Shown here piece by piece: positions 43,372 to 52,836 of a DNA stretch of 64,000 nt. The notes beneath the pieces were generated by a model. The model was not told the origin of the DNA. It saw only the letters and a list, made by a program, of their open reading frames with translations, and searched no databases. Each line of letters starts with the position of its first letter. The stretch's first letter is position 1. The stretch comes from an uncultured Eubacteriales bacterium (lineage in GTDB: Bacteria; Bacillota; Clostridia; Oscillospirales; CAG-272), in contig CAJLXA010000004.1 in NCBI GenBank assembly GCA_905210485.1, positions 5,054 through 69,053 of the forward strand, read 5' to 3'. The position numbers were made by a program, and so were the translations under genes.

Positions 43372-45480
43372 TTATTTTTCTTCGTTCTTATATTCAAACG
43401 AAATGTGGTACTGGTCGGAAGTATCGTCATAGAGTTCTTCCATCACTTTGTCAAACAGAACGCCTACTTTCACGTTTTCCATGTTTCCGTAGGTGTCTTT
43501 CACATAATCGTCGACGCTGTTGTACCACTTCAGATTGAGGTAGTTCACAATGGATTCGCCGTACTGCATAATGTATGTGTAGTACTGCGCGTTGTTCTGG
43601 TTCACCTGTGCTTCCAGGTTTGCCTCGATCGTCTTCATATCTTCTTTTGTAATGGATACGCCGAGTTTTTCCGCAATGGTATAAATGATGAGACGGGGTT
43701 TCAGTGCGTCAATGGCCATAGCGTCAACGGCTTCGCGGATTTTGTCTTTTGATTCCGCTTTAGTGGTATGCTGAAGCCATTCTTCAAAATCGGTATAGGT
43801 GTTGTCGCCGTCTTTCACGCTACCGCTGTTCGTCACATAAAAAGTGTAGCGCTGATTCTGATAGTATTCTTTATAATAATCGTCTTTCAGCGACTGCGGT
43901 ACGTCCACCGTTGCATTGGCCGCAAAGAGCTTCCACATAGCGGTGATGGCGTTCTGCTTTTTGGTTGCCTCTTCGTAAAGCGAGAGATACTGCGCCACGG
44001 CATAATCCACAACGGCATCTTCTTCGGTTCCGAGCGTATTGCCGTCTTTATCGGTGTAAACGCCGTCTTTCAGCGTGAAGAGTTCTTTGCCGTAATAGTT
44101 GTTGTAATACTTGGTTTCGGTAACCGTATCGCCGTCTTTGGTCTCCGATTTATAGAGATAGAGATACAGTTTATTGCCGTTTTTGTCGGAGGCGTTGTTG
44201 GCGAGGGAGGAATCGGCCAGCTTCTCAAGCGTGACCTTTTCTTCGGGGGTCTTTACGCCGGCGATATAATAATCGTAGGTGACTTCCTTACGGTCTTCAC
44301 CTTCACCCTCGGTCACCGTTACTGTGTTCCATTCGGCAGTGTAAGCAGACGCAACCTTGTATTCGAGTTTGACTTCCTCTGAAGTAAGCGTCACGCCCTC
44401 ATCGTCGGCTTTATACAGCGTTTTGGTCGACGAATTGAAAGCGTTACCCGATTCGTCGATATACATCTGTTTTGTAATGGTATAGGACGAACCGACCTTG
44501 CGTTCGCCGTCCTTAATGTCGTTATAGATCCACTGTTTCACATCTTCCAGCGGGATCGACGCCATATCGAGGATATACGCGTCCTTGCCGATATCCTTTA
44601 CCGATACTTCGGTTGCGGCGTCATCGGTCTTGGTGTACTTCGCGGTCAGCGTCACTTTAACGAGGTCATGCTTCAGAACCACGTGTTCGCTGTCGGCGAG
44701 TTTCGACGCGGAAACCAGCTGTTTGCCGACGAGTGCGGCATGGAGCGCGGAGGACACCGCGTTGTTTTCATAATAGGGATCGAAAGAAACGCCGCCGGAA
44801 AGCGTGTTCTTCGAGAAATCGTAGCTCCAGTTCTTTTCGGTGGAGGTTTTGCCGTCGGAGAGTTTCGTATAGTAGATGGTGAACAGGTCGTTTTCGCCGA
44901 GCGTGAGATCGGTCATGGGCATTTTCGCAACCGAGATCGTCAGTTTCAGCGTGGTATCGGCGCCGTTCGTTTCGTCAAGGGTCAGCGTTTGTTTCTTATC
45001 CACGGTGGCGGCCTTCATTTTGGCGGTCGTCGTATATTCGGTGCCGACCTTGGCGCCTTCTTCGGTTCCCATAAGTTCAACAATCTTCTTATAAATGACG
45101 AGTTCAACGTCTTTATAATCGGTTTCGGCCTTATTCAGGTCGATTTCCAGAGAATCGTTATCATAAACGTTGGTATCCTTATCGTCGTCGCCCTTCTGGG
45201 TGCCGTCCACATGAATCGTCAGAACGTCCTTGTTCTGTACTTTTTCATCGGTCTTGCGGTTTTCCTTGGCGGCGGCAAGCGCGGCAAGGAAATCGTGCTT
45301 GGCGTCGGCCGTCGTCGCCACGGTATAGGCCTCGGCCGTGATGGTCTGACCTTTGAGAAGGCCGTCGAGGTCGATCGTCACGTAAGCGGACGACTTCTTA
45401 TAGTTGAAAGAGCAGGAGGTCATTGCGAGGCTGAAGAGCATCACAAGAACCAAAAGGAGACTTGTCACGGTTTTTTTCAT
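43372..45480 (-). CDS. 702-aa Lys/Thr/Asp-rich lipoprotein, unknown function
   Basis: Lipobox 'LFSLAMTSC|S'. AGAGGAAT RBS. Its C-terminal 'RLIIYTIAEKLGVSITKEDMKTI' parallels 'EYLIYHAAAKALGVTVADDKLNGI' of the 524-aa lipoprotein. Confidence 0.7.
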   Translation of the reverse strand: MKKTVTSLLLVLVMLFSLAMTSCSFNYKKSSAYVTIDLDGLLKGQTITAEAYTVATTADAKHDFLAALAAAKENRKTDEKVQNKDVLTIHVDGTQKGDDDKDTNVYDNDSLEIDLNKAETDYKDVELVIYKKIVELMGTEEGAKVGTEYTTTAKMKAATVDKKQTLTLDETNGADTTLKLTISVAKMPMTDLTLGENDLFTIYYTKLSDGKTSTEKNWSYDFSKNTLSGGVSFDPYYENNAVSSALHAALVGKQLVSASKLADSEHVVLKHDLVKVTLTAKYTKTDDAATEVSVKDIGKDAYILDMASIPLEDVKQWIYNDIKDGERKVGSSYTITKQMYIDESGNAFNSSTKTLYKADDEGVTLTSEEVKLEYKVASAYTAEWNTVTVTEGEGEDRKEVTYDYYIAGVKTPEEKVTLEKLADSSLANNASDKNGNKLYLYLYKSETKDGDTVTETKYYNNYYGKELFTLKDGVYTDKDGNTLGTEEDAVVDYAVAQYLSLYEEATKKQNAITAMWKLFAANATVDVPQSLKDDYYKEYYQNQRYTFYVTNSGSVKDGDNTYTDFEEWLQHTTKAESKDKIREAVDAMAIDALKPRLIIYTIAEKLGVSITKEDMKTIEANLEAQVNQNNAQYYTYIMQYGESIVNYLNLKWYNSVDDYVKDTYGNMENVKVGVLFDKVMEELYDDTSDQYHISFEYKNEEK

Positions 45481-45663
45481 GGTGATTCCTCTTTTATAAT
45501 GAAACTTTATTTTTCCGACGGCAAAAAGCCGACTATATGGTTTTACTCAACTATTATACCATATAATTTTTAAAATGCAAATGTTTTTTTCATATTCGCC
45601 GTATTTTTCAGAATATTTTCACGAAACGTTGTATTTTTCCACAAAAATCGGTTATTTTTTCCA

Positions 45664-47685
45664 TCATTCGCCGTATTTCACGGCGTCTTTTACGGTTTCA
45701 CCGTCGGCCATCCGCAACAGATAAGCGGTCATCGTTTTCACAATGGGGTTTTCAATATAGAAGAAAGCGGTTCCGGATTCCTTTCCTTCCTCCGCAATAT
45801 ACACAAGGGTGCGGTTCACGGAATACGGGATAAACCGGTAAACGAACGTGCGGTGGTCTGTCAGCGTAACGGTGAGGGTCAGTACGGCTTCGCCGTTTTC
45901 CGCAAGATCCCGGCGCTGCTCCTGCGTCAGATCGGAAATACCGGCGTATTCCTGCAATAAAAGGTAATAATAAAACGATTCAAAGGAACTGTAGTCATAC
46001 TGCGACGTATCGGTGCCGCTATTGTCGGTGACCGTCATCGGAAGCGTGGTATAGACGGTCTTTCCGCCTTCGGTTCTGGTTCTGACGCTTTTCACGTCGA
46101 AAAGGACGCTTTTGCGAAGGTCGCTGTATGTGATGTCAAAACGGATTTTATCAAAAAGAGCGGTATAACTGGAGATCAGCGTGGGTTTTACCCATGTGTA
46201 CAGGTCATAATCCAGAAATTTCAGCGTATCCGCCTGCACGACGGCAATGATGTCGTAATATTCGCTTTCGACGTAATAGGTGCCGTCATCGTTTTTCTGC
46301 CCGATCCGCAGGACAATCTCGGTGTAATCTTCCTCGTCTATCGTTACGCTGTTGGAAACGATAGTAGACAAAGCGTCCGACGTCGATTCGTTGATCTTAT
46401 ATTTTTTCGGAACACGATAACGCAACGTCGTATAAAGGGAGAGGTCCTCGCGGTCGGCGGCGGTAACGCCGATTTTGTACACCGAATCGCCGGTGAGGGA
46501 AGCAAAACCGGAGAGAATGTTCATGATGACGTTATCGTTCGTCGTGTAAGAGGTGAGCGCAGAGGGACCGTCGAAGCGGTAGAGCGGATTGCCGAAGAAC
46601 GGATCCCGATCCGCCGATCCCGGTACGAACGAAAACGCAACGCCCGTTTCGGTCTCCAGTACATATTCCACCTTGTTTACCGTATAGGTCTCGGTCACAT
46701 GCACCGTTTCGCCCGCCGTATTCTGCACATCGTACAGACGCGCGGCGCGGACGCCGTCCAGCGCTTCGCCGATCGGAAGTCCTTTCAGAGCGGAGGCAAT
46801 GAATGCGCTGCCGGACGCGCCGAGGCGGTAACGCGCGGTATATTCGGCCGTCACCGTTTCGGTATCCGTATCGGAACGGGTCGTCGTACGGATAACGCGC
46901 ACAGCCACGATCACGCCGTTCTTATCGGGAACGGTGCCGCTTTCGCGGCGCGTGGCCTTTTCCACGGAAAATCCGTCGACAAAATAAGACGCATACTGCT
47001 GGGATTCGGCAGGAGCGAGAACCGCGGAAACAAATTGCCCCGCGCCGCCGTTCACAAGATCGCCGAGCGTCGGCGACAGAGTGACGTAGATGGTGTCGCG
47101 CCCTTCGACGCGGCAATAATAACCGTTTTTGTCCGCGGTCATATCGCCGATATAAACACGGTAGGTCGTTCCGTTCTCGGAGAGCGTTTTCCCGTAGGTT
47201 TCAAGTTCAAAATAAGAGGGGTCGTCCTCTTGCGCAAGGCCGTACGAAGAATAAAGCGCGGCGGCGTCCTCTCCCTGCGCGACGCGGATGCGGACAAACG
47301 CGTTTCCGGTCGCGGAAACGGCGGAACTGACGGTCTCTTCATTGATAACGAGATCGGTATACTGTTTTCCGTTCTTTTCGATAAGAAAATCCAGATAATT
47401 ATCCGCCGCGGGGTGAACGAGCGAATAGGTTTCCTTTTGATTTTTGAATGTGATCTTCTTTATATTTTTGCTGTAATCGCCGTCTTTCGGTGTATTACGG
47501 GTGAACGGGCCGATCAGGGTGACGTTATTGTACCGCGTACCCTCTCCGTCTTCCGGTTTCACGGAGGAACTGTCCTCTTCTTCACGGTCGGTGAGAGACA
47601 AAGGAAGCACGACGGCAACGCCGATCAGGACAAGCGAAAGAAGAACGGCCGCAAGAACGATAAAGAATTTTTTCTGTTGTTGCAT
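45664..47685 (-). CDS. N-terminally anchored DUF4340-like protein
   Basis: AAGGAGG RBS. TM 'FFIVLAAVLLSLVLIGVAVVL'. Lies immediately downstream of the GldG genes, the usual place for DUF4340. Confidence 0.5.
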   Translation of the reverse strand: MQQQKKFFIVLAAVLLSLVLIGVAVVLPLSLTDREEEDSSSVKPEDGEGTRYNNVTLIGPFTRNTPKDGDYSKNIKKITFKNQKETYSLVHPAADNYLDFLIEKNGKQYTDLVINEETVSSAVSATGNAFVRIRVAQGEDAAALYSSYGLAQEDDPSYFELETYGKTLSENGTTYRVYIGDMTADKNGYYCRVEGRDTIYVTLSPTLGDLVNGGAGQFVSAVLAPAESQQYASYFVDGFSVEKATRRESGTVPDKNGVIVAVRVIRTTTRSDTDTETVTAEYTARYRLGASGSAFIASALKGLPIGEALDGVRAARLYDVQNTAGETVHVTETYTVNKVEYVLETETGVAFSFVPGSADRDPFFGNPLYRFDGPSALTSYTTNDNVIMNILSGFASLTGDSVYKIGVTAADREDLSLYTTLRYRVPKKYKINESTSDALSTIVSNSVTIDEEDYTEIVLRIGQKNDDGTYYVESEYYDIIAVVQADTLKFLDYDLYTWVKPTLISSYTALFDKIRFDITYSDLRKSVLFDVKSVRTRTEGGKTVYTTLPMTVTDNSGTDTSQYDYSSFESFYYYLLLQEYAGISDLTQEQRRDLAENGEAVLTLTVTLTDHRTFVYRFIPYSVNRTLVYIAEEGKESGTAFFYIENPIVKTMTAYLLRMADGETVKDAVKYGE

Positions 47686-47695
47686 ACCTGCCTCC

Positions 47696-49378
47696 TTACA
47701 GATGTTTACGGCGCAGAACGATATACGCCGCGGCGGCGGGGACGATCAGCGCGGGAAGCACAAAAACGAATATTGTCCAGCCGGCTTTGCCGCCCGTTGT
47801 CAGGGGATACATGGTGCGCACGCATTTATAACCCGTTTTCGTGCCGATGTCGGTTTCGGTGACGATCTTGTCGTCACCGCGGCGGAAGACATAGGTGACG
47901 TTCTCCACCGCGTCGTCGCTTTCATAACGTTTGCCGCCGTAATTTGCGGAATTGAGGTCGGTGGCGGAACCGAGATCGGAAGAAGCATAAACGTCGGTCA
48001 TCGTCAGAACGCGGAGAGCGGCCGCGAGAATGTCGCGGTTACCGTACGCACTGCTGCCGAGATAGGTTTCGTCAAGAATTTCGCTCGTGCCGAACGCGCC
48101 GAGATAGGAATAGGTATAGGTGCCGTCTTCGGCAAAATAGGCGGTAACGCCCAGCATCGCCAGCGTATATCCCTCGTCTTCCGACAGGATGTCCCCGCTT
48201 GTCATGTCATAGGCGCGCACCTTGTCGGGCGCCAGAAGAAACGGCGAAATCTTCCTTGAAACGCGATCGGTAAGATTTTTCTCGGTAACGTCGCGCCATG
48301 TGGAAGACAGGGAGGACGTACGCGGAACGACGGTACGCGGAGCGGCCGTAAGATTGGAAACGGCGGAATACAGCGCATTGGAGACAGGCGACGTCGTTTT
48401 GTCGGTATACACGGCCGAGAGCTTTTCCCGCTCACTGCCGATCACCGACGCGTCACGGTAACGGATCACGTCGTCATTCACGGCAATGCCCCACGAAGAA
48501 AGGTAATCTCCGATGGCGGGAAGTGAAGACATGGGTGTGCCGGGATCGCGGAAGAAGAGCATACTGCCGCGCGCTTCAAGATAGCGGTCGATCTTTTCGA
48601 CGGCGGGGCGGCTGTAGTAGCCGGTATAATCTCCGTCGCCGTAATCGGTCGTCGGCCCGTTCATGATAAGCAGAACGCAGTCGTCGGGGATTGCTTCTGC
48701 CCGGTCGAGGTCGATCGTTGCAACGCGCATACCGAGATCCTGCAGGAGATTATAAAACGAGGTCAGAGAAGCATTGCCCGGATTCTCATTGTTATCCGGA
48801 TCGTAGACGGTCTCCCCGTGACCGACCGTGAAATACGCGCAGGGGACGGGAACACCGGTCACCGAAAGAATCATGGTGGCCAGCTGATACTCGCCTTTAT
48901 AGGCGTAGTATTCGCCCTCTTCGTCAAGGCTGTAGAAAATCTGGGACGCGGCGATACGCACTTTTTTCTCGTAACTGACGATAACGTCATCCTTTGTCAG
49001 TTCGCTCGCCGTCGTGGTCTTATAGGCGTCGGCGGCATGCGGGTCGCGGGAGAGGGAAAGCGTTTCCACATGGATGTTTTCCAGTTGCGAGGACAGTTTT
49101 TTCGCCGTGATGTAAACGGGACGGAGAAGAGAATCGCCGAGAAGAATGTCCGGATCGGCGCAGAACGTGATCGTTACGTCCCCCTCCACGTTTTTCAGTT
49201 CCTCCGTCATTTTCGGGGACAAAGTGTAAATCCCCTCGGTTGTCATATCGCCGAAGAAGTTATTTTCACGCACAAGATAAAAGAGAAAGAGATTGCCCGC
49301 AAGGCAAAGAAGGACGGCGACCGCCGTTACGGCGCGAAGAAACCATGTGCGTTTCTTCCTGTTTTTTAACAGTGTCAT
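47696..49378 (-). CDS. GldG-family ABC-transporter auxiliary protein (paralog 2)
   Basis: ATG 49378 behind AAGGAGA. TM segments at both ends. 'AYFTVGHGETVYD', 'IPDDCVLLIMNGPTTDY', 'IDRYLEARGSMLFFRDP'. Confidence 0.7.
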   Translation of the reverse strand: MTLLKNRKKRTWFLRAVTAVAVLLCLAGNLFLFYLVRENNFFGDMTTEGIYTLSPKMTEELKNVEGDVTITFCADPDILLGDSLLRPVYITAKKLSSQLENIHVETLSLSRDPHAADAYKTTTASELTKDDVIVSYEKKVRIAASQIFYSLDEEGEYYAYKGEYQLATMILSVTGVPVPCAYFTVGHGETVYDPDNNENPGNASLTSFYNLLQDLGMRVATIDLDRAEAIPDDCVLLIMNGPTTDYGDGDYTGYYSRPAVEKIDRYLEARGSMLFFRDPGTPMSSLPAIGDYLSSWGIAVNDDVIRYRDASVIGSEREKLSAVYTDKTTSPVSNALYSAVSNLTAAPRTVVPRTSSLSSTWRDVTEKNLTDRVSRKISPFLLAPDKVRAYDMTSGDILSEDEGYTLAMLGVTAYFAEDGTYTYSYLGAFGTSEILDETYLGSSAYGNRDILAAALRVLTMTDVYASSDLGSATDLNSANYGGKRYESDDAVENVTYVFRRGDDKIVTETDIGTKTGYKCVRTMYPLTTGGKAGWTIFVFVLPALIVPAAAAYIVLRRKHL

Positions 49379-49394
49379 GTTTTTCTCCTTTTCA

Positions 49395-50852
49395 TCAGCG
49401 TTTTCTGCGATACAGGCATACGGCGGTCGCAGTACCCGCCAGAAGAAGCGGCAAAACGGCAACCATCAGAATAAAGATACGATTGGCGGTACCCACCGTC
49501 AGATTGTCGAGCGCGGCGGTTTCAATCGGGAGAACGGTACAACCGGCGGGTGCCGTCGGACAGCCGTACTCTGCAAGCAATGCATAAAAAAGGTCGCTGT
49601 TGCCGTAGTTTTTGCTGTTTATAACATCGTCGTAATTCATATACCCACTGGCGGCAAGATAGAGTTTTCCGCCGGCGGCGGTGTCCGCCATTGCCGACAG
49701 AACCTTCTTTCCGCGCCCCTCCGACGCCGTTTCGGCGGTATCGGACGTAAAGAGAACAGGATATACGGCCGCCCCTTTGTCGTTATCCTGATACAGCGTC
49801 AGGGGAGCGGCGTCGCGGTAAACGACGCGCGCTGCATTGTATTTCTGCGCCGTTTCGCCCACGGACGCGCCCTTGCCGTCGGCGGCATAAACGGCGGCGG
49901 CGGTCTTTCCGTCGCGGGTGATGCCGTTTTCATAATCGTACAGGAGTTCGTCCGAGAACGAAAGACCGTATTTCAGAAGCAGGCTCCGCAGATTCGTCAT
50001 GCGCCGGCAGGCGTCGTTTGCCGCGTCGAAAGTCAGGTAAAGGCGACCGCCGCCGTCTATATAACTTTCAAGGCGGGAGAGTTCGGTTTTTACCGTACTG
50101 CCCTCTCCGGCTTTTTCAAAATCGTAGAGCGGATTGGATATGATAAGAAGCGCGCAATCGTCGGGAACGTCGGACTCGGAAAGTCTCACGGTTCCGACGC
50201 GGTAGCCGGACAATACCAGTTTTGTCGTAAGGCCGGAGATCGCAAAATTTTCCCCGTGATCGACAGTGAAATAAGCGGTAGGGTGATCTTCGCTTTTCGT
50301 CTGCACCCACAGGCAGGCGGCGGCAAAGACCTCTTCGCCGTTATAGGCGGTGATCTCGCGGTTCGCGTTCAGAATAAAAAAGTCGGAGAGGGAGAAATGG
50401 CGCAGGTCCTCTTCGCTTTCAAAGATGACCGAGGTTTCGGACAGGGTGACTTCCTGACCTTTATCCCGGAATTTTTCTTCATACGCAAGAACGGCGCGGT
50501 GATCGGTATAGATGCTGTAGGGCGTGAGAAGCTCCACCTTGTCGGGATAGGCGGCGGCATATTGCTTCGCGGTTTCATACACAAGGCGGTAGGCGGTATT
50601 TTTTTCAAGGTCGGCCTCGGTCATGCAAAACCGCACCGCAACTTTGTGTTCCGCAGCGGCGAACTTTTCCGCCATGGAATCGCCGATCTCATGCGTATAT
50701 TTATCGGCGGTGTAAAAATACCACGAAAAGCGCGTGGCGAGCGCGTATACGAGAATATTCAGAACGAGAACGACGCCGAGAAACAAAGCCGTTGTCATAC
50801 GGCCGATTCCGCGCCGCGACAGGCGCGACAGGGATTTCATCGGAAACTGCAT
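49395..50852 (-). CDS. GldG-family ABC-transporter auxiliary protein (paralog 1)
   Basis: GAGGAGG RBS. TM segments at both ends. 'AYFTVDHGENF', 'VPDDCALLIISNPLYDF', 'LESYIDGGGRLYLTFD'. Confidence 0.65.
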   Translation of the reverse strand: MQFPMKSLSRLSRRGIGRMTTALFLGVVLVLNILVYALATRFSWYFYTADKYTHEIGDSMAEKFAAAEHKVAVRFCMTEADLEKNTAYRLVYETAKQYAAAYPDKVELLTPYSIYTDHRAVLAYEEKFRDKGQEVTLSETSVIFESEEDLRHFSLSDFFILNANREITAYNGEEVFAAACLWVQTKSEDHPTAYFTVDHGENFAISGLTTKLVLSGYRVGTVRLSESDVPDDCALLIISNPLYDFEKAGEGSTVKTELSRLESYIDGGGRLYLTFDAANDACRRMTNLRSLLLKYGLSFSDELLYDYENGITRDGKTAAAVYAADGKGASVGETAQKYNAARVVYRDAAPLTLYQDNDKGAAVYPVLFTSDTAETASEGRGKKVLSAMADTAAGGKLYLAASGYMNYDDVINSKNYGNSDLFYALLAEYGCPTAPAGCTVLPIETAALDNLTVGTANRIFILMVAVLPLLLAGTATAVCLYRRKR

Positions 50853-50866
50853 ACGGGCCTCCTCTG

Positions 50867-51571
50867 TCAGGACGTGCGACGTCTGTCAAACACGCGCACT
50901 GTGAAAAAGAGGAAGACGGCCGTCACGGAAAGATAATAGATCAGCGCCGCGATGTCGAAAATGCCGCTCGTAAAGTTGCCGAAACGGGAGAAAACCGAAA
51001 AGCACTCGAAAACAAAGCGGATTCCGTAACCGCTGAACAGCGTGGCAAGCAGGGAAAGGAGGAGGAAAACAAGAAGAATTCCCATGGTACCGATCGCGGC
51101 CGCCAACTGATTTTCGGTAACGGAAGATACGAAGACGCCGACGGCGATAAAACACATGCCGGCAAGGAGCACCGCGAAATAGTTACCGAACAGCATGGCG
51201 GTTTTCACGGCGGCATAGCGGTAGAGAATCAGAAAGTAAAGCGACGAAACGGTATGCGAAGCGAAAAACAGCGTGAACGCCGCGAGGAATTTTCCCATCA
51301 CCATTCCGGTAAGCGAAACGGGAGAAGTCAGAAGAAGCTGCTCCGTGCGTTGCTTTTTTTCTTCGCTGAACAGTTTCATCGTGAGAAGCGGAAGAAGAAC
51401 GACAAAGGCGTACAGCATTGTCGTATAGTAGGCCGTAACGTCGGCGCTCATCTGAAAAAGCGTCGTGTAGCAGAACACCGCGCCGGCAACCGCCAGAAAT
51501 ACGCCGAGATAAATATATCCCAGCGGGGTCGTGAAATAGGCGCGCATTTCTCTCTTATATATGGCTTTCAT
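50867..51571 (-). CDS. ABC-2 type permease (GldF-like)
   Basis: 234 aa with 6 TM segments. N-terminus 'MKAIYKREMRAYFTTPLGYIYLGVF'. Confidence 0.7.
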   Translation of the reverse strand: MKAIYKREMRAYFTTPLGYIYLGVFLAVAGAVFCYTTLFQMSADVTAYYTTMLYAFVVLLPLLTMKLFSEEKKQRTEQLLLTSPVSLTGMVMGKFLAAFTLFFASHTVSSLYFLILYRYAAVKTAMLFGNYFAVLLAGMCFIAVGVFVSSVTENQLAAAIGTMGILLVFLLLSLLATLFSGYGIRFVFECFSVFSRFGNFTSGIFDIAALIYYLSVTAVFLFFTVRVFDRRRTS

Positions 51572-51575
51572 ACTG

Positions 51576-52538
51576 TCACCTCTTCGCTTTCTTTACGGGA
51601 GATACCTGTCCGTCCACAAGGCGGAGGAAAATTTCTTCCAGATCCATTTCGGCCTTTTCAAATCCGAGAAGCGGCCAGTCTTCACGGGCACAGAGATAAA
51701 ATATGGATTTTCTGATGTCCACACCGGGCTCGCTTTCGATGGTATACACATAGGCGTCGCCCTCGCGGGTGTCGCCCGCCACGGCGCTACGGATACCGCC
51801 GACTTTGCGGAGCGCGGAAAGCACCGCGCTTCTCTGCGGCGCGGAAATGCGGGCGCGGAAGCGGTTATGCCCCTCGATCGTGCGGGTGAGATCATCGGTC
51901 CGCGCGTCCGCGACGAGAACGCCGCGGTCAATGATAAGAATCCGTTCGCAGACAGCTTGTACTTCCGACAGGATATGGGTGCTGAGGATCACGGTATGGC
52001 TCTTGGAAAGATGGCGGAGGAGATTGCGCACCTCGATGATCTGTTTCGGATCCAGTCCCACCGTCGGTTCGTCGAAGATCAGAACGGGCGGATTGCCGAC
52101 CAGCGCCTCCGCGATACCGACGCGCTGGCGATAGCCTTTCGACAGGTTGCGGATAAGGCGCGGACGCACCTCGGAGAGCCTGACGGCGTCGCATATTTCG
52201 TCAAGATGTTCCTTTTTCGGAAAGGTACAGCCTTTCAGTTCATATACGAATCCGAGATATTCGTCCACCGTCATATCGGGGTAGAGCGGCGGCTGTTCGG
52301 GCAGGTAGCCGATCTTCTTCTTTGCGGCAAAGGGGTCGTCCTGAATGTCGATACCGTCGACCGATGCCGTACCCGACGTGGGAGCAAGATAGCCGGTAAG
52401 AATATTCATGGTCGTACTTTTCCCGGCGCCGTTCGGGCCGAGGAGGCCGACGATCTCTCCCTCTCCGATCTCAAAACTCACGTCGTCAAGTGCCGTGTTA
52501 CCGCCGTAGCGCTTTACAAGATGTTCTGCTTTTATCAT
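51576..52538 (-). CDS. ABC transporter ATP-binding protein (GldA-like)
   Basis: Walker A 'GPNGAGKST', signature 'LSKGYRQR', Walker B 'LIFDEPTVGLD'. Confidence 0.9.
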   Translation of the reverse strand: MIKAEHLVKRYGGNTALDDVSFEIGEGEIVGLLGPNGAGKSTTMNILTGYLAPTSGTASVDGIDIQDDPFAAKKKIGYLPEQPPLYPDMTVDEYLGFVYELKGCTFPKKEHLDEICDAVRLSEVRPRLIRNLSKGYRQRVGIAEALVGNPPVLIFDEPTVGLDPKQIIEVRNLLRHLSKSHTVILSTHILSEVQAVCERILIIDRGVLVADARTDDLTRTIEGHNRFRARISAPQRSAVLSALRKVGGIRSAVAGDTREGDAYVYTIESEPGVDIRKSIFYLCAREDWPLLGFEKAEMDLEEIFLRLVDGQVSPVKKAKR

Positions 52539-52791
52539 GGAGTTCCTTTCTCTTTGTCACAGGCGGGGCGCAACGCCCCGGCGACGCCGGCAAAAAATCG
52601 GGGCAGATTGCTTCCGGCGGTGCGACGGAAAATGAAAAAACAAAAATTGTACTTTAAATATTGTAGCATTGAAATATAAACAAATTGTGAACTCCGCCGT
52701 ATTTCTATGTGAAAGTTGGGAACATATCCGCAAAAAGCGACGATTTTTTCGGGTAAAATGTCCATGGAACGACAAAACGACATAAAACGAT

Positions 52792-52820
52792 AAAAGAAAA
52801 GACCGGGAAAACACCCGGTC
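52792..52820 (-). terminator. terminator after the DAK2-domain gene
   Basis: GACCGGG / CCCGGTC stem, followed on the minus strand by TTTTCTTTT. Confidence 0.65.
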
Positions 52821-52836
52821 TTTCGGAAACGTCGGT

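Noticed and set aside
49293-50936. 547-aa + ORF, and similar ones at 46699..47862, 51561..52679, 57396..58799, 59956..61473 and 62394..63470
   Set aside because: They are mirror-frame shadows of the GldG, DUF4340-like, ABC ATPase, CDF, serS and fba genes. None has an RBS or motifs.
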